Assembly (NCBI GenBank): GCA_964016885.1
Contig: OZ024755.1
Span: 40,982,001-41,046,000 of the forward strand
DNA: 64,000 nucleotides
Origin: Eledone cirrhosa
Lineage: Eukaryota
Direction of reading: 5' to 3'
Shown here: positions 54,381 through 64,000 of the stretch, piece after piece
How positions within the stretch are numbered: the first letter of the stretch is position 1
Layout: every line of letters begins with the position of its first letter
Program-made: the position numbers and the translations under genes
The notes under the pieces: model-generated
The model's database searches: none
Told to the model about the DNA's origin: nothing
The model's input: the letters and a program-made list of their open reading frames with translations, nothing else

Positions 54381-57370
54381 TTATCTCCAGCCTGTATAGG
54401 TTGGCCACTGGTGTAGCAGGGAGTTTGTTGCTGCTGCCCTTAGGTTTCCCTCGTGTCTTGCTGTGGGCTCATCCGGGATCCTGGATAACAAGGTGTCGAG
54501 ATGTTTCTTAAAGACATCCACCTCCACGTCATGCAAGTCTCTCAGATGCCTCGGCAGCCTGTTGAAGAGTTGAGGGCCCTTGAATCCCAGGCTATTGCAA
54601 TACCTGCTCCTTATTCTAGATGTGGAAGACGGGACCTTTGGCACCACACAGTGACGTCCTGTTCGCCGGTTGGTCCAGCTCCCAATGCCAAAGTTTGGTG
54701 CTAGTCCCTCCAGGATTTTCCACATGTAGATCACTGCGTATCTCTCCTGTCTTCGCTCCAAGGAGTAGAGGTTCAGTTCCTTCAGCCTCTCCCAGTAGCT
54801 TGTCTCCCTCATCTTGGCAATCCTCTTGGTGTAGCTTCGCTGGATTGCCTCAAGCTCCGTGGTTAGTTTGACACTATGGGGTGACCACAGCTGGGAGCAG
54901 TAGTCCAGGCGGCTTAGGACAAAAGTCCTCCACAGTGTCAACATGGTGTCTCGATCTCTTGTAAGGAAAGTCCTCAAGATCCAGCCAGCGAATCGTCTAC
55001 ATGTTGTCGCCACCTTCATGATGTGTGAAGAAAAAGATGCATCATCGCTCATGTCTATGCCCAGGTCTCGTATCGATTTTGACACGGTGATATCGGTCCC
55101 TCCTGGTCCTGTGTAGCTGTGTTCCACTATATTTGTGTTTGTAGGTTTGTATTGTAGGGCTTGGAATTTGCCAGCATTAAACTGCATGTTGTTTTCTTCC
55201 GCCCATCTGTATATGGCATCCAGATCCTGCTGTAAAAGGGCAGCGTCAGCCGGGTTTTTGATTGCCTGTGCTACCTTAGTGTCATCAGCATAGCTAGTGA
55301 GGGATGTTGTTGCATGCACCACAGAGGGCATGTCCGAGAGAGCCACCAAAAACAGTAGTGGTCCCAGGACTGTCCCCTGGGGCACTCCACTTGTTATTGG
55401 TGTTTCCTTTGAGAGGGCCCCATTTGCTGCGACTGCCTGGCTTCTGTCCCTTAGGAAGCCATGCAGCCACTCACCTACTTTTCCAGTTATGCCGAGTCCG
55501 TGTAGTTTGTGACATATCATTCCGTGGTCGACCTTGTCAAAGGCCTTCGCAAAGTCAAGATATATCATGTCCACATGTGAGTTGTCTAGTAGTTGTCTCA
55601 GTACCCAGTCGTAGTGATGTAGCAGCTGTGTAAGGCAGCTTCTTCCTGGGCGGAAGCCATGTTGCGTGCTAGTCAGGCGGTCATCTTCTTCGAGGAAAGT
55701 GATTAGTTTCTTTCTGACGACTCGCTCCATGACCTTACTGATATGCGACGTCAGGGAGACTGGCCTATAGTTCTTGGCCTCCGCTCTACTACCTCCTTTA
55801 TGGATAGGGCATATTGTGCCTTCTTTCAGCTCCCTGGGTAGTACACCGCTAGCCAAGGAGCTTCTGAAGAGCATCTTCAGTGGAGTTGCTAAGGCCCGCT
55901 TACATATTTTTAGGAGAACTGCTGGGAATCAATCAGGTCCAGCAGCCGAGTCTGTTCTAATTTCATCAATGGCGTACACTACATCCTCCTCCGTTATGTC
56001 TATGTGGTTGATGGTTGCCATTTCTTGATGTAGTGTTGTGGCATCAAAGAACTCCTCTGGCTTCGTTATTTGCATGTGCCTCAGTGGACATGTGAAGACA
56101 CTTTTGTACTGTTCGTTCAGTATTTCACATATCTCTTGGGGATTTTCGGTTAATGAACCGTCCGTGTGGAAGAGTGGTCCAATCTTGCAGTGTACTGAGG
56201 CAGTTTCTTTTGCAAATTGAAAGAAGGCCTTAGGGTTTGTTTTAATGTTTTCTATGGCCCTGTTCTCTTTCTTTGCCCTCTCATTCTCATGTGAAAGTTT
56301 GAGTGCAATCTCGGTGTCAAGTAGTGCACGTTTCAAATGGGATTCCTTATTGTTTTTGTTTTGTTGACTATTCAACTGGTTTGAGAGTTTAGTTCTACGT
56401 CTCGTAAGGATTTTCCTATCTCTGGGAATAAGATTTTTGTGTCTGTTTGCCTCTTTCTCCGGGACACACTTTTTGCATATGGTGTGTATCGTTGTCATGA
56501 AGTGTTGAAATTGTGTGTTAGTGTCTTGTGTGGCAGTGTTTTCACTCCATGTTTGCTTCCGGATTTCACTCTTAATCTTTTTCCAGTTAGCCTTGTAAAA
56601 GTTAAGGTTGGATAGCGTCCCGGAGCTTCTTGGTGGTTTTGTCTCTGTTGGTTCTCTTGGACCACATATCATTAGCTCTACTAAGTTATGATCCGAGAGA
56701 ATTGTTGGTGTCACCTTTACATTGTGGATGAGCACTTCGTTGTTTGTAAAACAGAGGTCCAGGACATTTTCGCCTCTTGTTGGGAGGAGTATTGCTTGCT
56801 CCATGAACAGCCTGTGTGTGAGGGCCAGCAGGGATTCCGTCTGTCTCTGTTCTATTGACGTCATTCCAGGGAGGAGGTGGCCCTCAGGCCATTTGACCTT
56901 TGGTAGGTTGAAGTCTCCCAGCAGTAGGATGTTGAGACCCTGGTCCAGTTTGTCAAGGACCTCTTCTATCCTACTTAGGCTATGCTCAAATTTACCCTCA
57001 TGACTGGGGGCATCGGGCGGCCGATAAGTGACACATATTACCGTCTGTAGTTGCTTCATATGTATTATCAGTGTGTCACAGACTGAGTTTGAATGTGTCA
57101 ACAGTACAATTGGTGTGACATCTTCACGGATATACAAAGCAACCCCACCATGAGTTCTCTCTTTCCTGTCCGAACGAAATACAGTATATTTCGGTTTATG
57201 TATTTCTGCATCTGCTATACTGCTTGTCAGGTGCGTTTCGGTTAGTGCCATGCATAGTGCTTGATTGCTTATGGCTAAGTCTCCCAGGTAGGAAATTTTA
57301 CTCATGTTGCTGAGTTTCACCAGGCCCCTGACATTCAGCAGCAGCACTGGTGTGACTTTTGGGGTGCCAG
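54381..57370 (-). pseudogene. CR1 ORF2 (APE endonuclease + reverse transcriptase) with a single in-frame TGA at 55929-55931
   Basis: ORFs 55929-57599 (LNVRGL, LTETHL, GGVALY, YRPP, GDFN, SDHN) and 54381-55874 (RT) are in the same frame, and the junction reads SAAGPD*FPAVLL. The true start is uncertain. Confidence 0.88.
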
Positions 57371-57928
57371 TAATGGCTGTCGGTATGACACCTGGTCTGG
57401 TGTCAGCGGCGGCCACTCTGGGTCCCTTAACTGCGGTGGTCTCGAGTGCTGGTGTGGATGACCCTGGCTCTGGAGACGATGCAGCCAGGTCAGCTGTCCC
57501 ACAATCTTCTCTGCCATCACTAAAAAATTTTTCTGATCTGCTGCTGCCATCTGTATCTCGTCGGCATGTGCGTGCCTTCTCCTTGTTGGTGCGGCACACG
57601 CGACACCAGCATACTTCTGGAGCGGCTTATTTCGGCTTTGGCTGGGGCATGTTGCGCGAGTATGATGGGCATAGTTCGTTTGAGACCTAGGGTGGGCGAA
57701 TCTGCATCCCATCCCTGTCTCTCCATGCCAGCATGTCCCGTTCTTGAAAAACTTGCACATTACTTGGGGTTTTTTGCTCCCAGTGTCTCGGTGCTTTCTG
57801 TTCTTCCTTTGAACAGTTGTCCCCTGGTCCCTCTGCGCTTGGTTCTCCTTCGGAAGGTGATTTCGCTTTTCACCTTTGCCCTTAGCTTGTTGGTTGCCCG
57901 GCCTGCCCTCCTTGCCTGTGGCGGAGGG
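57335..57928 (-). CDS. CR1 ORF1 C-terminal part with CCCH zinc finger
   Basis: [23 protein letters not shown]. Open from the (TA)n junction to the stop at 57335 and overlapping the start of ORF2. Confidence 0.65.
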   Translation of the reverse strand, partial: PSATGKEGRPGNQQAKGKGEKRNHLPKENQAQRDQGTTVQRKNRKHRDTGSKKPQVMCKFFKNGTCWHGETGMGCRFAHPRSQTNYAHHTRATCPSQSRNKPLQKYAGVACAAPTRRRHAHADEIQMAAADQKNFLVMAEKIVGQLTWLHRLQSQGHPHQHSRPPQLRDPEWPPLTPDQVSYRQPLLAPQKSHQCCC

Positions 57929-59721
<1,793 letters not shown>

Positions 59722-59868
59722 ATTTTGAGTTTATGTTGGTTGTATACCAACACCTCAGTATGCAGGCTGGAGCACTCGACGAAGTGCGCAGGTTGGTTTG
59801 GTTACTCCGGAGTAGTGTAAAATAAAGTTAAATAAAAGTCAAATGATTAAAATTTAGCTTCGTTTATT

Positions 59869-59923
59869 ACTGCTATATATATTTCAGTGACAGCCATCTT
59901 TGGCTGTGACCTCTTCAGGCAGT
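59869..59923 (-). ncRNA. Type I hammerhead ribozyme
   Basis: Exact reverse complement of 60138-60192. Confidence 0.85.
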
Positions 59924-60137
59924 TTGAATTAGTATGGTATAGACAAGTACATATGTTGTTTAGGTGTATGATATTGTCAATACTCTGATATGCCCAGTTC
60001 CTTGTTGGGTTGTTAATTCACTGGGGAACTGGAGTCATCAGTTATTAACAACCCAACAAGGAACTGGGCATATCAGAGTATTGACAATATCATACACCTA
60101 AACAACATATGTACTTGTCTATACCATACTAATTCAA

Positions 60138-60192
60138 ACTGCCTGAAGAGGTCACAGCCAAAGATGGCTGTCACTGAAATATATATAGCAGT
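60138..60192 (+). ncRNA. Type I hammerhead ribozyme
   Basis: ACTGC-CTGAAGA-GGTCACAGCCA-aaga-TGGCTGTCACT-GAA-ATATATAT-A-GCAGT, followed by AATAAA. Confidence 0.85.
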
Positions 60193-60264
60193 AATAAACG
60201 AAGCTAAATTTTAATCATTTGACTTTTATTTAACTTTATTTTATATATATATACATATATATAC

Positions 60265-60297
<33 letters not shown>

Positions 60298-60320
60298 CAT
60301 ATATATACATATATATATAC

Positions 60321-60353
<33 letters not shown>

Positions 60354-60450
60354 CATATATATACATATATATATACATATATATACATATATATACATAT
60401 ATATATATACATATATATACATATATATACATATATATATATATATATAC

Positions 60451-60573
<123 letters not shown>

Positions 60574-60594
60574 CATATATACATATATATATAT

Positions 60595-60663
<69 letters not shown>

Positions 60664-60664
60664 C

Positions 60665-60763
<99 letters not shown>

Positions 60764-60776
60764 CATATATATATAT

Positions 60777-61808
60777 TGTTATACTTTGGGAGGGTCATGT
60801 TGCCACTAAGAAACACACGCACCAGTTGCTTTCACTTCAATTTAATTTATTAAATATTTATAAATTTACAAATTTATAAATTTCTGGTTGGTTGGTTGGT
60901 TCCACAACCAGATAGTTGTTTATATATATATAGTCATAGTTCTTTCGTCACACACTCTGTGACCTCTTCAGTGACTGGGGATTTCTTTCTTCGTTTCTGT
61001 GCCTTTCCTTTCTTCTATCCTACGCCATTTTGTTTGTGTGTGGGTTGCGTGCTCAGTTTGCGCATGCGCCACATCCGGGTGTCTGTGTGTGTTTGTGTTC
61101 ATTTTTCTATTTTTCTATTTATATTTTTTTTATTTGTTTGTTTATTTATTTATTTATTGTTGGTTGGTTGTTTGTTCTATGTGTGTGTGTGTTTTCATTT
61201 TGTGTGTGTTTTCAATTGTAAGTTGTTTGTTCGATGTGTGTGTGTGTTTTCATTTTGTCCTTAATTGTAAGTTGTGATGTTGCTGTTCCACTCATATTTT
61301 CTATTTAATTTTGGTTTTAATTCTTTTATGCTTACTGCCTCTGTAATTTGCCTAAACATTGCGTCTTTTCTGTGTGTGGATTCTATTTTTATTTCTATGC
61401 TCTCTAATCTACCCCTGTGTTTTATCCTAGCATGTTGGTAGAGCACAGATGATTCTTTATTATCTTGGAGGTCTCGCCAGTGTTCATTTATTCGTTCCCC
61501 TATACTACGAGCTGTCTCACCTATGTACACTATATTTTTGTTTCTACATTGTCCTTCAGTACATCTTATGCTATACACTATGGGGGCTTATTTTACAGGT
61601 TATACATTTCTTATCTATACATGAGGGTCTTTGGAACGGGTATGTCTTGCTAATAAGTGTTTTTACGGAGGTACCAGGTCTTTCTACTATCTTAATATTG
61701 AGATTATGTTTATTTAGGGCCCTTCTAAATTTGTAGGCTAGTTCGCCTCTGGGGGTTGTATTGATGAACATTACACTCTGGAAACGAAACATTACACTTC
61801 AGAAACGA
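60777..61808 (-). mobile_element. Penelope-like element 3' fragment (linker + GIY-YIG endonuclease + 3' UTR/pLTR)
   Basis: [12 protein letters not shown]...IKIVERPG...CIDKKCITC, then after a frameshift VYSIRCTEGQC...VYIGETARSIGERINEH...RQITEAVSI..PKLN. The AC-rich 3' UTR contains a hammerhead, and (TA)n lies on both sides. Confidence 0.88.
60932..60976 (-). ncRNA. Type I hammerhead ribozyme of the Penelope-like 3' UTR
   Basis: Minus strand: AGTCA-CTGAAGA-g-GTCACA-gagtg-TGTGAC-GAA-AG-aa-CT-A-TGACT. Confidence 0.75.
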
Positions 61809-61809
61809 A

Positions 61810-61940
<131 letters not shown>

Positions 61941-61941
61941 C

Positions 61942-62184
<243 letters not shown>

Positions 62185-62185
62185 A

Positions 62186-62320
<135 letters not shown>

Positions 62321-62321
62321 A

Positions 62322-62352
<31 letters not shown>

Positions 62353-62353
62353 A

Positions 62354-62454
<101 letters not shown>

Positions 62455-62467
62455 CATATATATATAC

Positions 62468-62498
<31 letters not shown>

Positions 62499-62543
62499 CA
62501 TATATATATATATACATATATATATACATATATATATATATAT

Positions 62544-63053
62544 GGTGGCTGCCAACTCGTTTTCGAGTACGGCCACTACTTTATATCCATGTAGGAGAAC
62601 CCCTACCGATGCGCTGAACGAGTGTGACTTTTTAGTCCAGCCAGCGACTTGAAAACTCTGGTACAAACACTACACTTGTGACAATTACTGACACATAGTG
62701 CTGGGCCCATGGTACCATGTGACGACAAGTGCAGAGAGATCTCCAGATATAAAGCAATGCCTGTGCCGTGAAGCTTTTATAGTGAGCAAAGGCACTGCAC
62801 AAAGCCAGTCCCACTCTCTTAACCAAGATGATATTTACCAAAAAGAAGAACAAGTCAACATCATTGGATACCATCAGGGTTGCAGGTGTTATATCAGAGT
62901 TTTCCTTCTCCTAGAATTCTGCCTTGACAAAGGCTAAGGGGTCATCCCTCCCGGTAATTTTGGATGGCCATTGACTCTTAAGAGCTCCTTTGCCCTTTCA
63001 CAGGTTTTGTTTTTAGTCCTGCAGGATGTCCAAAGTCACCCTCCTCACCAAGA

Positions 63054-63056
<3 letters not shown>
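62544..63056 (-). mobile_element. 5'-truncated copy of the non-autonomous RTE-derived element
   Basis: Near-identical to 44033-44545, with (TA)n on both sides. Confidence 0.8.
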
Positions 63057-63119
<63 letters not shown>

Positions 63120-63355
63120 TATACATATATATATATATACATATATATATAGTATTAGTTATACTATTTATGGTTATGTAAACACAAAACCTTAAGCAGT
63201 TGTAAGTATTTTACACACACCCTAAATAGTGGTAGGCAGTAATGTATTACTACCTTATTACCAGTAAGTTAAGTAGCTCAATGTAAAAACATCAGATGAT
63301 TTACAGAGCAGTTATATGAGATATAAGAATCAAAGAACTGTTCAAAACATTATTG

Positions 63356-63402
63356 TGCTTACAGCTGTTTCCTCCAAACCGAGGTTTGGATTCTTCGGAG
63401 CA
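63356..63402 (-). ncRNA. Decayed type I hammerhead (CCGAAGA core)
   Basis: Minus strand: TGCT-CCGAAGA-aTCCAAAC-ctcg-GTTTGGAg-GAA-ACAGCTGT-A-AGCA. Confidence 0.6.
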
Positions 63403-64000
63403 ATTTATTAATGCATGGACAGTTTTATGACCTCCTTTTCAGCCGAGAGACATACCAACACATATTCAAACATTGATACATATTCAAACATTGTGGGTCA
63501 ACATTCATTACAGAATTTAGAGTGGCAGTACACACTTCGAGATTACATTTATATTAATAGGTACAATCAAAAATCAAAGATATAGGTTAAAGTACAACAT
63601 GAAGATAAGTGGTTATATAGTGCAAATGTTATATGTGTGGCACGCATGTGCGTCTTGTTTATATAGTGTGGCAGAGAGATATGTGTGGTAGAGGCACTTA
63701 GGTAGGTAAATAAGAGTGTTAGGTTGGTAGATCTGGTGGCAAAGTCTTTATATGATTGATATAGTCTGTGTGTGGAGAAATATTATAAGCATTAAAGATA
63801 GTGCAAGCATTAAAAGTGTTATAAGTATTGGAGATGCACAGCGCAGGGATGTCAAGTAATTCATGTACTTCGGCATTTTCATGGTCAAGGGAGTGTATAT
63901 TTCGATTATATGCCTTTCACATAATCCACGACAATCCAGTTAGAGATCGTAGTCTGGTGTTCTTTAGTTCGATACAGGAGGTTGTTACGTTTCGAGAAAC

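Larger units (their letters stand above)
54307..57928 (-). mobile_element. Nearly intact CR1-clade LINE (partial ORF1 + ORF2) inserted in (TA)n
   Basis: The ORF1 remnant has a CCCH finger, ORF2 is APE + RT, and the 3' UTR GGCGGTGCCCCAGCATGGCC...CTGAAAC ends in (GTAAAAGA)x2. Confidence 0.93.
59818..60243. repeat. ~200 bp-arm inverted repeat (59818-60017 / 60044-60243)
   Basis: The arms appear to be exact reverse complements with a 26 bp spacer. The right arm abuts (TA)n. Confidence 0.93.

Overview
Repeat-saturated animal genomic DNA, most likely an octopus or other cephalopod (inferred from remembered resemblance of the tRNA/CORE-type SINEs and the CR1 tail; not verified by search). No convincing host exon is visible. 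The window is a mosaic of non-LTR retrotransposons (CR1, RTE, Tx1/L1-clade, a ~12 kb tandem array of two R4/Dong families in (TAA)n, Penelope-like GIY-YIG remnants), two non-autonomous Helitrons, SINEs, two G-rich minisatellites and roughly 15 kb of compound (TA)n tracts that generate all the long Y/I/C/M ORFs. The most notable unannotated signal is about a dozen intact or decayed type I hammerhead ribozyme motifs. Several sit in short fold-back cassettes with one consistent architecture: an inverted arm abuts a (TA)n tract and lies 5' of the ribozyme-sense copy. Also notable are a ~600 bp bipartite non-autonomous RTE family in (TA)n, a Helitron inserted one base from a predicted hammerhead cleavage site, and apparent partitioning of microsatellite motifs among retroelement clades. 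All folds and alignments were done by eye, so boundaries are approximate.
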